A DNA stretch of 64,000 bases from Gammaproteobacteria bacterium (GTDB lineage: Bacteria > Pseudomonadota > Gammaproteobacteria > DRLM01). The position numbers were made by a program, and so were the translations under genes. Location of the stretch: assembly GCA_037381915.1 (NCBI GenBank), contig JARRQJ010000022.1, positions 973 to 64,972 on the forward strand. Reading direction: 5' to 3'. The notes under the pieces are model-generated. The model was not told where the DNA came from, ran no database searches, and saw nothing but the letters and a program-made list of their open reading frames with translations. Positions 52,270-63,111 of this stretch are shown here, in pieces. How positions within the stretch are numbered: the first letter of the stretch is position 1; each line of letters opens with the position of its first letter.

Positions 52270-53556
52270 TCACTCCGTCTGCCTGGCCAGACGCGGCGTG
52301 TCGGTCCCTTCATAGATCAAGATGGGATCGGATTCTCCCTTGATGACGCTTTCGTCAACGATCACCTTGCGGACCCCCTCCATGGACGGCAACTCGTACA
52401 TGGTGTCCAACAACACGTGCTCCATGATGGAACGCAGTCCGCGGGCGCCGGTTTTGCGATCCATGGCCTTCTTGGCGATGGTCAGCAGGGCATCGTCGCG
52501 AAATTCGAGCTCAACGCCTTCCATGTCAAAGAGCTTGTCGTATTGCTTGGCGAGCGCGTGCTTGGGCTCGGTCAGGATTTTCACCAGAGCATCCTCATCG
52601 AGCTCGTCGAGGGTGGCGACGATGGGCAGGCGGCCCACGAATTCCGGAATAAGGCCAAACTTGATCAAGTCTTCCGGTTCGACGTTATGTAATACCTCGC
52701 TGGCACTCTTGCGGTCCTGAGTGCTCTTGATCTCCGCGGAAAAACCGATCCCGCTCTTCTCGGACCGGGAGCGAATGATCTTATCCAGCCCGGCGAACGC
52801 CCCGCCACATATGAACAAAATGTTTGCGGTATTGACCTGCAGGAACTCCTGCTGGGGATGTTTCCGCCCGCCCTGGGGGGGCACGGAAGCCACCGTACCC
52901 TCGATCAATTTCAACAAGGCCTGCTGCACCCCTTCTCCCGACACATCGCGGGTGATGGAAGGGTTCTCGGACTTGCGGGAAATCTTGTCGATCTCATCGA
53001 TGTAGACTATGCCGGTCTGGGCCTTTTCGACATCGTAGTCACATTTCTGCAACAGCTTCTGGATAATATTTTCGACGTCTTCACCCACATAGCCCGCCTC
53101 GGTCAGGGTCGTGGCGTCGGCGATGGTGAACGGTACGTTCAACAAACGCGCCAGGGTTTCGGCCAACAGGGTCTTACCACTGCCGGTAGGGCCGATCAAG
53201 AGAATATTGCTCTTGGTGACTTCCACCTCGTCTTTGGCCGGATCGCAATCCAAGCGCTTGTAGTGGTTATAGACGGCCACCGACAGGACCTTCTTGGCGT
53301 CATTTTGGCCGATGACGTATTCGTCAAGGATGGTGTTGATTTCGCGGGGGGTGGGAAGCTTGCTCCCCTTGCCGGACGCGGTCTTGTCCTGCATCTCCTC
53401 CTGGATGATGTCGTTGCACAATTCAACGCATTCATCGCACACAAATACCGAAGGACCGGCAATCAGCTTTCTCACCTCGTGCTGACTCTTACCGCAAAAT
53501 GAGCAGTAAAGTAATTTCTTGCCTTCGTCGCCTGAACCGTGTTTGTTGTCGCTCAT
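52270..53556 (-). CDS. clpX: ATP-dependent Clp protease ATP-binding subunit
   Basis: Zinc-finger [17 protein letters not shown]…CDEC and Walker [12 protein letters not shown]. Confidence 0.97.
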   Translation of the reverse strand: MSDNKHGSGDEGKKLLYCSFCGKSQHEVRKLIAGPSVFVCDECVELCNDIIQEEMQDKTASGKGSKLPTPREINTILDEYVIGQNDAKKVLSVAVYNHYKRLDCDPAKDEVEVTKSNILLIGPTGSGKTLLAETLARLLNVPFTIADATTLTEAGYVGEDVENIIQKLLQKCDYDVEKAQTGIVYIDEIDKISRKSENPSITRDVSGEGVQQALLKLIEGTVASVPPQGGRKHPQQEFLQVNTANILFICGGAFAGLDKIIRSRSEKSGIGFSAEIKSTQDRKSASEVLHNVEPEDLIKFGLIPEFVGRLPIVATLDELDEDALVKILTEPKHALAKQYDKLFDMEGVELEFRDDALLTIAKKAMDRKTGARGLRSIMEHVLLDTMYELPSMEGVRKVIVDESVIKGESDPILIYEGTDTPRLARQTE

Positions 53557-53683
53557 ACGCTACCTCGTGCTTGCACCGGTCCCCTGGTATATCTATATCA
53601 GGATGCAGGCTTCTTCCGCAACCCACTTGTGACTGTACATCGCCCCGGCGGACCCGTCCGGCAACACAATAAGGCTTAAGGTC

Positions 53684-54364
53684 CTAGTCAGCTATCTGCT
53701 TGCGCGAGCTGAGCACTTGGTCAATTATCCCATACTCTTGGGCATCATTGGCCCCCATAAAATTATCCCGGTCCGTATCGGTCTGGATCCTTTCCAGGGC
53801 CTGGCCGGTATGTTTGGCCAGAATGGTGTTTAACCGCTCGCGGATCAATAAGATTTCGCGGGCATGGATATCGATATCCGATGCCTGCCCCTGGAAGCCG
53901 CCCAGGGGCTGGTGGATCATAACCCGCGAATGGGGCAGGCAAAAGCGTTTACCCGCGGCCCCGCCGGCCAACAGCAACGCCCCCATACTGGCGGCCTGGC
54001 CAATGCACAGGGTACTGACATCAGGCTTAATGAACTGCATGGTGTCATATATGGCCAGACCCGCGGTCACCGCCCCGCCGGGAGAGTTGATATAAAAATG
54101 GATGTCCTTGTCCGGGTTTTCCGATTCCAGGAACAACAGCTGCGCCACCACCAGGTTAGCGGTATAGTCCTCCACCGGCCCGACCATGAAAATGACCCTT
54201 TCCTTGAGCAGGCGAGAGTATATGTCATAGGCACGTTCCCCCCTCGCCGACTGTTCCACTACCATCGGTACCAGGTTAAGGGCCTTGGTCGTCACACTCT
54301 CGCTGGCATCGCGAATATCGCAGCACTGGCCATAATACCGGCACCCATGTGCATTTATCGGCAT
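53684..54364 (-). CDS. clpP: ATP-dependent Clp protease proteolytic subunit
   Basis: …[29 protein letters not shown]…[11 protein letters not shown]…MIHQPLGG… with the Ser-His-Asp catalytic triad region. The N-terminal start is uncertain (propeptide). Confidence 0.93.
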   Translation of the reverse strand: MPINAHGCRYYGQCCDIRDASESVTTKALNLVPMVVEQSARGERAYDIYSRLLKERVIFMVGPVEDYTANLVVAQLLFLESENPDKDIHFYINSPGGAVTAGLAIYDTMQFIKPDVSTLCIGQAASMGALLLAGGAAGKRFCLPHSRVMIHQPLGGFQGQASDIDIHAREILLIRERLNTILAKHTGQALERIQTDTDRDNFMGANDAQEYGIIDQVLSSRKQIAD

Positions 54365-54435
54365 GTCCCAATCAATCGGTTAGACCCAAAAACGACCGCT
54401 GCGGTTTCCCCGCCGCTACCCGGTGAACGGCTCCG

Positions 54436-55713
54436 TCACCGGGCGTGGTTGACCAGTTCCTCAAACGCCATTGGCTTATCGCTTATCTCTGCCTGCTGTG
54501 TCAACCACTCCGTCGCCTGGTCCTCCAAGATCAGCGCCTCCACATTCATCAGTCGTTCCCGCCGCGCGTAATACCACTTCACCACTTCTTCCGGGTGCTC
54601 GTAGGTGGCGGCGAGCGCCCCCACTGCGGCCCGGACCTTGTCGGGATCGGCCTTGAATTGATTCTTCTTGATAATTTCGGCCAGGAGCAATCCCAAGGCC
54701 ACGCGGCGTTCCGCCTGCCTGGCCAGGGCCTCGTCCTCCTGAGCCGCCGCGCTGTAGCCCTCGCTTTGCTCCTTGATGCGCTGGATCTCTTCATCAACAA
54801 GGGCCTTCGGCAGGGAAATGGGATTGGCGGCCATGAGCGCCTCCATTATCTGCACCTTGACCTTTTCTTTTATGGCCTGATCCAGCTCACGCTGCATGGT
54901 TGCTTTGACTTCATCGCGAAATGCCGGCTCACCACCCTGTTGGACGCCGAAACTCCTGAAAAACTCCTCATTTAACTCGGGCAACTTGGGCGCCGCCACG
55001 GAATGCACCTTCACATCGAAATGCACCTGCTTACCCGCCAGATCCGAGGCGTGGTAGTCACCTGGAAAATCGACATCGAAGCCCTTTTCGTCACCCGCCT
55101 TCAATCCGACCACGTTGTCGTCAAAGGCTTTCAGCAGACTTCCCGAACCCAACACCACCCCATACTCCTTGGCGCTGTTGCCCGGAAAATCCTTGCCGTC
55201 GAGGGTACCGTGAAAATCCATCACGACGCGGTCACCCAGCTGGGCACCCCGCGCTACCGGCTCCCAATCCTGGCGCTGCTTACGCAAGGTCTCCACCATC
55301 TTATCGATGTCCGCATCCTGGATAGTGGCAACGGGTTTTTCTATCTTAAAGTTGGCCGGAATCTGGAGTTCAAACTCGGGGTAGACTTCGAAGACGGCGG
55401 TATATTTGAGGTCGCTGCCCGAGTCCTGGTCCTGGAATTCAAACTGGGGCGTACCCGCCGGCCGCAGCTTTTCCTGATTGATCGCTTCGCCAAAGCTCGA
55501 CTTTACCAGTTCGTCCCGCACCTCCTGCCGGACGCTCCCTCCCCAACGTGTTTCAACCACCTTGAGCGGCACCTTGCCGGCACGGAAACCGTCTACTTTC
55601 ACCCTCTGGCTCAAGGACCTCAGACGATTCGTGACCTCTTGATCGTACTGTTGGGCCGGAACCGCCACCGTCATACGGCGCTCCAAACCATTAGCAATGA
55701 CCTCTACCTGCAT
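54436..55713 (-). CDS. tig: trigger factor
   Basis: MQVEVIANGLERRMTVAVP…RVKVDGFRAGKVP…, with an FKBP-like middle domain and a C-terminal chaperone domain. Start set at MQVEV (55713). Confidence 0.93.
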   Translation of the reverse strand: MQVEVIANGLERRMTVAVPAQQYDQEVTNRLRSLSQRVKVDGFRAGKVPLKVVETRWGGSVRQEVRDELVKSSFGEAINQEKLRPAGTPQFEFQDQDSGSDLKYTAVFEVYPEFELQIPANFKIEKPVATIQDADIDKMVETLRKQRQDWEPVARGAQLGDRVVMDFHGTLDGKDFPGNSAKEYGVVLGSGSLLKAFDDNVVGLKAGDEKGFDVDFPGDYHASDLAGKQVHFDVKVHSVAAPKLPELNEEFFRSFGVQQGGEPAFRDEVKATMQRELDQAIKEKVKVQIMEALMAANPISLPKALVDEEIQRIKEQSEGYSAAAQEDEALARQAERRVALGLLLAEIIKKNQFKADPDKVRAAVGALAATYEHPEEVVKWYYARRERLMNVEALILEDQATEWLTQQAEISDKPMAFEELVNHAR

Positions 55714-55799
55714 GGCGCTAACCTCATTAGCCTCAATATTCAATGAATTATAACTTAATATATCAATCTAACCAAAACCTTATCATCCGTTCCCCGAGC

Positions 55800-55884
<85 letters not shown>

Positions 55885-56437
55885 TGCACAAGCCGGGAAC
55901 CGCCAAGACGACAAACTCTACCACGGCGCCGGCAACTTGCCCCAGCCTGAAACGCCACTCGGTTAGGTCCCGCCCGTTTGGTAGCAGAGAGACCGACATC
56001 AGCAGGCGTTCTCCCTGTCCGCGGCCAGGTCATTTACAAAGCTTGCCGAAATGCCAAACCATATCGCGGAAATCTTGACGGCAGGCCGCCGCGCCTCCTG
56101 ACCTACCCGCTTAACGGAACGCCTCTCGGTTGTTACAACCATTCCCGGTGCCGGCGTATCGATCCACAGGTGACGCGCCCATTGTTCGCACAGGTATTCC
56201 AGGTCGCTGGCGGCATCCTCGGCTAGCGGAAGATTGCCGCGGTAGGGCCTGAACACGGCCGCCGCGAGAACCACGGCGAGGTGGCCACCAATCGTTCGCG
56301 CGCTTGAGTCGCCGTGGCACTGGGAAATGAAGATCTATGGTTGGGCATGCACGTACCCTGGTCCGCATGACGCAATTCCCCTGTCCTTGCCCGCCTCCTC
56401 CTGGCTAGCCCGGGGTGGTCCCGTTGCATATATATTA

Positions 56438-56513
56438 TGGTGGGCCGTGTAGGGATCGAACCTACGACCTATGGATTAAGAGTCCACTGCTCTACCAACT
56501 GAGCTAACGGCCC
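56438..56513 (-). tRNA. tRNA-Lys (CUU)
   Basis: Reverse complement reads GGGCCGTTAGCTCAGTTGGTAGAGCAGTGGACTCTTAATCCATAGGTCGTAGGTTCGATCCCTACACGGCCCACCA. Confidence 0.9.
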
Positions 56514-56566
56514 GCGTACGAAATTATATCCTCTAATAATATGATGAGTAGCCCGGCAAATTAAAT

Positions 56567-56643
56567 TGGGGTGGACGATGGGGCTCGAACCCACGACAAC
56601 CGGAATCACAATCCGGGGCTCTACCAACTGAGCTACGCCCACC
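56567..56643 (-). tRNA. tRNA-His (GUG) with G-1
   Basis: Reverse complement reads GGTGGGCGTAGCTCAGTTGGTAGAGCCCCGGATTGTGATTCCGGTTGTCGTGGGTTCGAGCCCCATCGTCCACCCCA. Confidence 0.93.
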
Positions 56644-56708
56644 ATTTAACCAAAAATCCACGCCTGCTCAGACTCATTCGGATTCGGCCCTGCATCATAG
56701 CATGAGAG

Positions 56709-56785
56709 TGGCGCGCCCGGCAGGACTCGAACCTGCTACCCTCGGCTTAGAAGGCCGATGCTCTATCCGGATGAGCTACGGGCGC
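56709..56785 (-). tRNA. tRNA-Arg (UCU)
   Basis: Reverse complement reads GCGCCCGTAGCTCATCCGGATAGAGCATCGGCCTTCTAAGCCGAGGGTAGCAGGTTCGAGTCCTGCCGGGCGCGCCA. Confidence 0.93.
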
Positions 56786-56833
56786 AAGACGCCGTTCCGG
56801 GTGCCGCACACGCTTGCTTTATCACACGAGAAT

Positions 56834-56910
<77 letters not shown>

Positions 56911-57029
56911 CACATCGTCATTCGTCGCCCCCATGCACCATTCCGCGAAGGAAGACCCACCCGCACGAAAGCGGCGATAATACGCACGACTAAAGGATAC
57001 GTCAATTTCTTCCAAGGCCGCAGCGCTGT

Positions 57030-58169
57030 TCACTCCGCCACCTTTAGACCCCGCCACGCGAACACCAGTGCCGCACCACTGACCAGCGCCGCAGTCGCGA
57101 AGCTGAGCGCACCGCCACCCACGGCCCAGGTATAACCACTGTACAGGGCGCCCACCGCGCCGCCCGCACCGAAACTGAGGCTGCTGTACAGGGCCTGGCC
57201 CCGACCCTGCAGACGTCCGTGGAAATAGCGGTGAATCAGCTGAATGGCGGCGCCGTGGTACACCCCAAAGGTGGCGGCGTGCAGCACCTGGGCAAGGATC
57301 AGCACCGCCAGGCTGTCGACGAAATAAGCGATGAGCAGCCAGCGCACCAGGGCCAGGCTCAGACTGCTGAGCAGCAGCGTGCGCAGGCCGAACCACGGCA
57401 CCAGCCTCGGCAACACCACGAATACCCCGATCTCGGCAATCACGCCCAGGGCCCACAACTGGCCGATGACGCTGCGGCTGTAGCCGTGATCCTGCAGATA
57501 AAGGGAATAAAAGGTGTAATACGGACCATGGCTGGCCTGCATCAAGAAACATATCGTCAACAGGGCCGCCACATGGCGCTGCGTAAGCACCTCGCGCAAC
57601 GGCGCATGCGCCTGCGGCGCATGACTCAGGCTGCGCTCCGGCACCCACATGCTGCTCGCCCAAATGGCGGCAAACAACGCCATCAATACCGTCGGCAGCA
57701 ACCCGGTGCCGAAACGGTCCAATAACGGCCCCAATCCCGCCACAGCGACGATAAATCCGATGGACCCCCACAAGCGGATACCACCGTAACGATGAGCTTG
57801 CGTGCCGAGATGATTGAAAGTGGTCACCTCCATTTGCGGCAAAGAAGCATTCCAGAAGAAACTGAAACTCACCACCACCAGCGCCAACCACCAGAAGTGC
57901 TGGGCGAAGAACACCCCGCTGAAGGCCAGGGCGGCGGCCAGCGACCCCAGTTGCACGATACGCATGCGCCGCCCGGTGTGATCGGCGAGCCATGCCCACA
58001 CATTTGGGGCCACGATCCGGGTCATCATCATCAAGGCCATCAGCTGGCCGATGGCGGCGGGCAGGTATCCCTTGCCGGCAAGATATAAGGTCCAGTAGGG
58101 AATGAAGGCGCCCAGTGTTGCGTAGTAAAAGAGGTAGAAAGCGGAAAGGCGCCAGTAAGGGACCGTCAT
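57030..58169 (-). CDS. MFS transporter (HcaT/PPP-like subfamily)
   Basis: 12 predicted TM helices; N-terminus MTVPYWRLSAFYLFYYATLGAFIPYWTLYLAGKGY. The ORF track extends to 58364, but the upstream 65 codons are non-membrane and Arg/His-rich. Confidence 0.8.
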   Translation of the reverse strand: MTVPYWRLSAFYLFYYATLGAFIPYWTLYLAGKGYLPAAIGQLMALMMMTRIVAPNVWAWLADHTGRRMRIVQLGSLAAALAFSGVFFAQHFWWLALVVVSFSFFWNASLPQMEVTTFNHLGTQAHRYGGIRLWGSIGFIVAVAGLGPLLDRFGTGLLPTVLMALFAAIWASSMWVPERSLSHAPQAHAPLREVLTQRHVAALLTICFLMQASHGPYYTFYSLYLQDHGYSRSVIGQLWALGVIAEIGVFVVLPRLVPWFGLRTLLLSSLSLALVRWLLIAYFVDSLAVLILAQVLHAATFGVYHGAAIQLIHRYFHGRLQGRGQALYSSLSFGAGGAVGALYSGYTWAVGGGALSFATAALVSGAALVFAWRGLKVAE

Positions 58170-58216
58170 GGTGTGCACAGCAGGCACCCGCTCAACAGGA
58201 TATCGACATGACGCCG

Positions 58217-59329
58217 CTACTCGGGCGTACCCGGAGCACGGGCGGGAATCACAGGCGTTTGCGAATGGACATCCAGATTCTGGGCACGGTGACGCAGCAT
58301 ATGATCCATCAAGGTCAAGGCCATCATGGCCTCGGCGATGGGCGTGGCGCGGATCCCCACACACGGGTCATGGCGCCCGGTGGTCACCACCTCCACCGCC
58401 TCGCCATGAAGATTCACCGATCGGCCCGGCAGCCGAATGCTGGACGTGGGTTTCAAGGCGATGCTGCACACAACGGCCTGGCCGGTGGAAATACCGCCCA
58501 GGATGCCGCCGGCGTTGTTGCTCAAAAACCCTTCGGGAATGATCTCGTCGCGGTGCTCGGTGCCCTTCTGTTCAACGCTGGCGAAACCGGCACCGATCTC
58601 CACGCCCTTCACCGCATTGATGCTCATCATCGCCTTGGCGATATCCGCATCCAAGCGATCGAAAATCGGCTCACCCCAGCCGGGGGGCACGCCGCCGGCC
58701 ACCACCGTGATCCGCGCACCGATGGAATTGCCCTCCTTGCGCAAGTCATCCATGTAGGCCTCCAGTTGCTCCACCTTGGCGCCATCGGGACAGAAGAAAG
58801 GATTATTGTCCACCTCGTCCCAGTCGAAGGCGGCGGGCCGGATGGGGCCCAGCTGTGACAGATAGCCGCGGATGGTCACGCCGAAGTGCTCGCGCAGATA
58901 TTTCTTGGCGATGGCCCCCGCCGCCACCCGCATCGCGGTCTCCCGCGCCGAGGAGCGGCCGCCGCCGCGATAATCCCGGCGACCGTATTTTTGCTGGTAG
59001 GTATAATCGGCGTGTCCGGGACGAAAACGGTCCATGATCTTGGAATAATCCTTGGAACGCTGATCCTCATTGTGAATCACCAGCCCGATGGGCGTCCCGG
59101 TGGTCTTGCCCTCGAACACCCCGGAGAGGATCTCCACCGCGTCCGATTCCCGCCTCTGGGTGGTGTGGCGGGACTGTCCCGGCTTGCGGCGATCCAGATC
59201 ATGCTGAATATCCGCCTCGCTGAGCGCCATGCCCGGCGGACAGCCATCCACGATGGCGCCCAAGGCGGGGCCGTGGCTCTCTCCGAAGGAGCTAACCGTA
59301 AACAGAGTACCGAAGGTATTACCAGACAT
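58217..59329 (-). CDS. aroC: chorismate synthase
   Basis: [34 protein letters not shown]…, the canonical AroC N-terminus. 370 aa. Confidence 0.95.
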   Translation of the reverse strand: MSGNTFGTLFTVSSFGESHGPALGAIVDGCPPGMALSEADIQHDLDRRKPGQSRHTTQRRESDAVEILSGVFEGKTTGTPIGLVIHNEDQRSKDYSKIMDRFRPGHADYTYQQKYGRRDYRGGGRSSARETAMRVAAGAIAKKYLREHFGVTIRGYLSQLGPIRPAAFDWDEVDNNPFFCPDGAKVEQLEAYMDDLRKEGNSIGARITVVAGGVPPGWGEPIFDRLDADIAKAMMSINAVKGVEIGAGFASVEQKGTEHRDEIIPEGFLSNNAGGILGGISTGQAVVCSIALKPTSSIRLPGRSVNLHGEAVEVVTTGRHDPCVGIRATPIAEAMMALTLMDHMLRHRAQNLDVHSQTPVIPARAPGTPE

Positions 59330-60324
59330 GGGGCGCTATTGTAGCGGGTACGCGCTCAAACGTCTTGTACCCGATCGCGGTGCCGTCACCGCTCATGGCT
59401 CGCGACCCGCTACCCGTAACGGGACTCCCGCCCGATGCCAAAGCGCGCGAATCAAAGCCGCAGGCGCGTTTGGCAACAAACGCCACTCTCATTAATAAGG
59501 TTCTAACTCGGGGTGAGCCGCGCTCGTTAAATCAATTAGCCGGCGGCCCGCCTGCGGCAGACGCGCCCCAAGGATCCCTTCACCTTTGCACTTATGCAAC
59601 TCATCGCTAGATATCCGGATCGGCACCGGGGCGACATCGCGACATGACAGGTTCGCATCAAGATGCTTGCCCCTCCCCAACCCGGCCCCTGGCGAAATGC
59701 AGCTCTAATTATTTTTTCACCCATATCACACGCGCCATCGGTTCGGCCGCAGACGACCACCGGATTTTCACAAAAATTGCAGACAAAATTTGCGGACTGC
59801 AACGTTCGCACCACTGGCTCAAGCCGCCCCTTATTTAACTTGTATAAATAAATCAATACCTTCAAATTATGGCAGCAAAATTGCTGTAGATTATCTCAGT
59901 CGACTATTTCGAGGAGTACCCCGTGCCCGATAGTCAGCGAACTCAGGCCGCCGCGGCGCCAGCGGAAAACAAGCCCGTCCAGACCACAACGCTGGTGTGG
60001 GATCGGTCCGTGGGCTTCTTTGCGCGCCAAGGCCGAGAAACATGCACGCCATGCCTCGCTTGGTTATCTCCTGATGAGCCTGGTGCTGGTCCGCCTGTTG
60101 CCGGGCGTGATCGGATCACCCTCTGCGCGTTTCAACAACTTTATCCAGTCCCGCACCGGCGTTTTACGTCATCACAAAGCGATCGCCGCCGGCCATCCGC
60201 GACGTTTTCTCGCAACCGCTGCCGACCTGGAAGTCCAATCACCGGTGTGTTCCTGCCCTGATGGTGAGAAACGAAACAATCTCTCTGGACCGATAGGCAA
60301 CCACATATGACGGAAAGGACTTTG

Positions 60325-60690
60325 ATGAAATCGTTATTTGTGGGATTGGGCCTGATGACCGCGGCGCTGACCGCACAGGCGGACAACGCGCTCGATGCCA
60401 TTTCTGCCGCCGTGAACGCGTCGCAACCGGCGGTCACCCACGACTGGCGGAAACTGGCCACGAACCCAACCGACGTGGATCGCGCCAAGCCCAATGCAGC
60501 GATGGTCTCGCCGCCCTCGCCCCAAGGCCTGGAAAACGATTGGCCCATGCCCAATAGGATCTACACGTATCTGGGATGGGGTTCGCCGGAGCTGGCATTC
60601 ATGGCACCCAACCCCGGGAATGAAAACAATACCAGCGCCCATATCGGCGCAACGGCGTTGGGCGCCGCCGCCGTGGGCCACGGATCCTGA
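60325..60690 (+). CDS. small secreted hypothetical protein (~121 aa)
   Basis: Signal peptide MKSLFVGLGLMTAALTAQA, AAGGA SD before the second ATG, then a Pro/Asn-rich body. No family recognised. Confidence 0.5.
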   Translation: MKSLFVGLGLMTAALTAQADNALDAISAAVNASQPAVTHDWRKLATNPTDVDRAKPNAAMVSPPSPQGLENDWPMPNRIYTYLGWGSPELAFMAPNPGNENNTSAHIGATALGAAAVGHGS

Positions 60691-60894
60691 TCACGGACGA
60701 CAAGGTCAGGTCCTTGGGCGTGTGCGGCGCCTGCCACGCCACAGCCAAGGACGCCACGTTCGATGAAGACGCGGTAGCGGTCCCCGGCAAGCGCAAATGG
60801 ACATGGCAGCGTTCCGCCGGACCAAGTGCAGGCCCGCCTGATCCGGGCGGCGGACAGGCGCGCCAACAGGTTTCTTCGTGACGGCATTGCCGCA

Positions 60895-60926
60895 CCGGGA
60901 CCGTCACCGGTCCCGGGTTCTTTTTT
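60895..60926 (+). terminator. intrinsic terminator: ccgggaccg-tcac-cggtcccgg followed by GTTCTTTTTT
   Basis: 9-bp perfect stem with a 4-nt loop and a T6 tract, seen in the sequence. It lies ~200 nt after the 60690 stop, so the transcript or the gene may extend to here. Confidence 0.8.
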
Positions 60927-61291
60927 CCGAATCCGCGATCACCGGGCATACCCCGCCGCCCATCCAGGGACGTGCCAAATCCGGCGCGTTTTTGTTCGCC
61001 AGATAATCCTCGTCATATCGAAACCCCGGCGCACCGGGCCTTCGATGGATTCGATGCTGTCGTGGGAACGGGCGAGGTTAACAAATTCCTGAGGAATGGG
61101 GCCGCACGAGTTATTTGAAGAGAAGACCTTCACCTTCGGACTCAATAGCCCGGCGTAAGAGGCGCGAATACCACATTGACAACATCAACAATCACTATCG
61201 GGTGAACCGGACGGCGGCAGGACGGACATCACGACCAGGGCCCGCCACCTGGGATGGGCCCTGGTCAAGGAATCATCTTCGGCAATTCGCG

Positions 61292-61480
61292 TCACATGGA
61301 ACCGCCCATATCATCATGCTTTTCCATGTCGTTGTCCATCTGTTTTCCCGAATCTTTCATCATGGGTTTTTGCGTCGAATCGTCCATGGATTTCATTCCA
61401 CTTGACGCACAGCCGGACAGAGACAATGCCGCGGCGATCAACACCGAAGAAAACACTAGCGCCAGCCCTTTAGTCGACAT
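61292..61480 (-). CDS. 62-aa Met/His/Asp-rich mini-lipoprotein (candidate periplasmic metal-binding peptide)
   Basis: Perfect AGGAGG SD 7 nt before the ATG. Lipobox LSGC. Mature sequence ASSGMKSMDDSTQKPMMKDSGKQMDNDMEKHDDMGGSM carries 9 Met, 1 His and many Asp in 40 residues. Confidence 0.6.
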   Translation of the reverse strand: MSTKGLALVFSSVLIAAALSLSGCASSGMKSMDDSTQKPMMKDSGKQMDNDMEKHDDMGGSM

Positions 61481-62138
61481 GTTCAAACCTCCTCTTGTGA
61501 ATACATGGCTACCCGTGCATTCCACAACAAAAAGTTCCCGTGCCGATAACGGAACAGTCACAAAATTATCACGAACCGCGCAAAGCCTTGCCGGAACGTG
61601 GCAAGGGGGTACGCCGTGGGCGGGAGACTGAAGAGACTCTTCGTTGCAGGGACGGCAGAGCCCGTTGCGACCGTGCTCTATCCGCATTCACCGGCTGGTC
61701 CCTGTAGGTAACTACGCGCCGTGGACCGCCCTGGCGGCGCCCTCCAGCCGTTCGACGAGGGCCGGGCCGCGGCGACGGCGGGCTCCTCACCCCGGTGTCG
61801 ACCTGGGAACTCTCCTGAATAAAATCAACATGTCCGGCCGCCTTAGGGGCGCGACCCGCCTCCAGAATCGTCACGTCCTGATTTGGATCGACGATTCGGT
61901 CGCCTTGGCACATAATAAGTCCCGGTGATCGACGATAACAGCGTCATTACGGACAGCTTAACCTTGCCTGGTCCGCTACAGCAGAATGACGGCAATATAC
62001 TGTTGATCAGCCGTGCCCGTGCACGAATATACTCGAGAAACCGGGCAAGGCGGAAAAGCAACAGTCAGGGGTACTACTAAAAAGTGTCTCGGTAAGCGCA
62101 ACGCCACGAGCGCCGCCTGGACAACGGGAGACTGCACC

Positions 62139-62675
62139 ATGGAACGAAATCACACATACGGCGCCATACTCGCAAGCGTCCTCCTGGTGGCCGGCTTGGG
62201 CAACGCCGTGGCCGAGCCCCTGAATATCAAACCGGGCTTATGGGAAATGACCGTGCGCGCGGAGATGCACGGCATGCCGCCGATCCCCGAAGAACAGCTG
62301 AAGAACCTCAGTCCGCAGCAACGGGACGCCCTCAACAAAATGATGGCCGAAAGCAGCAAGCCGCACACCCGGAAACTGCAGGAATGCATCACCCAGCAAG
62401 ATCTGAACAAGAGTGAAAATCTCTTCAATTCGGACCAGCCCGGGATGACCTGCAATAACAAGCTTTCCAAGCATTCCGGCAGTGGCATGTCCGGCACCAT
62501 CGATTGCACCAAAGGCAACACGCACTCCATCGGCAAGTTCAGCTATGAAGCCAAAGACCGCGAGCACGTCACCGGCGAGGTATCCATGACCATCACCAAC
62601 GGCAAACACACCATGACCACCAAAGGCACCATGTCCGGCCGCTGGCTGGGCAGTGAGTGTCCCAAGAGCAAATGA
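62139..62675 (+). CDS. DUF3617-like secreted protein / lipoprotein
   Basis: Signal peptide (ILASVLLVAGLGNAVA) then …KPGLWEMTV…QECITQQD…MTCNNK…IDCTKGN…GSECPKSK, with conserved Cys spacing as I recall for DUF3617. Start set at MERNH; the ORF track's 62013 start is in a non-coding-like leader. Confidence 0.65.
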   Translation: MERNHTYGAILASVLLVAGLGNAVAEPLNIKPGLWEMTVRAEMHGMPPIPEEQLKNLSPQQRDALNKMMAESSKPHTRKLQECITQQDLNKSENLFNSDQPGMTCNNKLSKHSGSGMSGTIDCTKGNTHSIGKFSYEAKDREHVTGEVSMTITNGKHTMTTKGTMSGRWLGSECPKSK

Positions 62676-62730
62676 GAGCGGCGTCGGCGCGGACGGCGCG
62701 CGCGTGATGCAACCGGCCGGAGAATAAGGC

Positions 62731-63111
62731 TTAACGATTGCGCATATGATCCGCGGTATTGCGCAACGACTGCAGTAAATGCATGCGCAGCAGTTCCTCC
62801 ATCTCCGTTTCCGCGAGCGCCTGCTCCATGCATAGCAGCCAGGCGTCCCGTTCCGCCGCGCCGATGGGAAAAGGCAGATGGCGCGCGCGCAGCCGCGGAT
62901 GACCGTATTCCGTCTGATACAACGGCGGCCCGCCCAGCCAGCCCGACAAAAATTTGAACAACTTGTCACGAGAACCCGTGAGATCCGCAGGATGCAAAGC
63001 CCGTATCCCACCGGCTTCCGGCAGGGTATCCATCAGATCATAAAATCGATCCACCAACTTGCGAACCGCCGCTTCGCCGCCCAAGCGCTCGTAAGGCGAT
63101 AACTCAGCCAT
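62731..63111 (-). CDS. glbO: group 2 truncated hemoglobin (trHbO / GlbO)
   Basis: …LSPYERLGGEAAVRKLVDRFYDLM…IRALHP…L…KLFKFLSGWLGGPPLYQTEYGHPRLRARHLPFPIG…RDAWLLCMEQAL…, which carries the trHbO signature elements. Confidence 0.8.
   Translation of the reverse strand: MAELSPYERLGGEAAVRKLVDRFYDLMDTLPEAGGIRALHPADLTGSRDKLFKFLSGWLGGPPLYQTEYGHPRLRARHLPFPIGAAERDAWLLCMEQALAETEMEELLRMHLLQSLRNTADHMRNR

Noticed and set aside
61238-61266. Hairpin cagggccc-N12-gggccctg downstream (minus-strand sense) of the Met-rich lipoprotein gene
   Set aside because: No flanking U-tract on either strand, so it is not a convincing intrinsic terminator. It may be a chance GC-rich inverted repeat.
62238-63011. 257-aa minus-strand ORF spanning the DUF3617 and trHbO genes
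   Set aside because: Overlaps two better-supported genes on both strands. Cys/Arg-rich, low-complexity.
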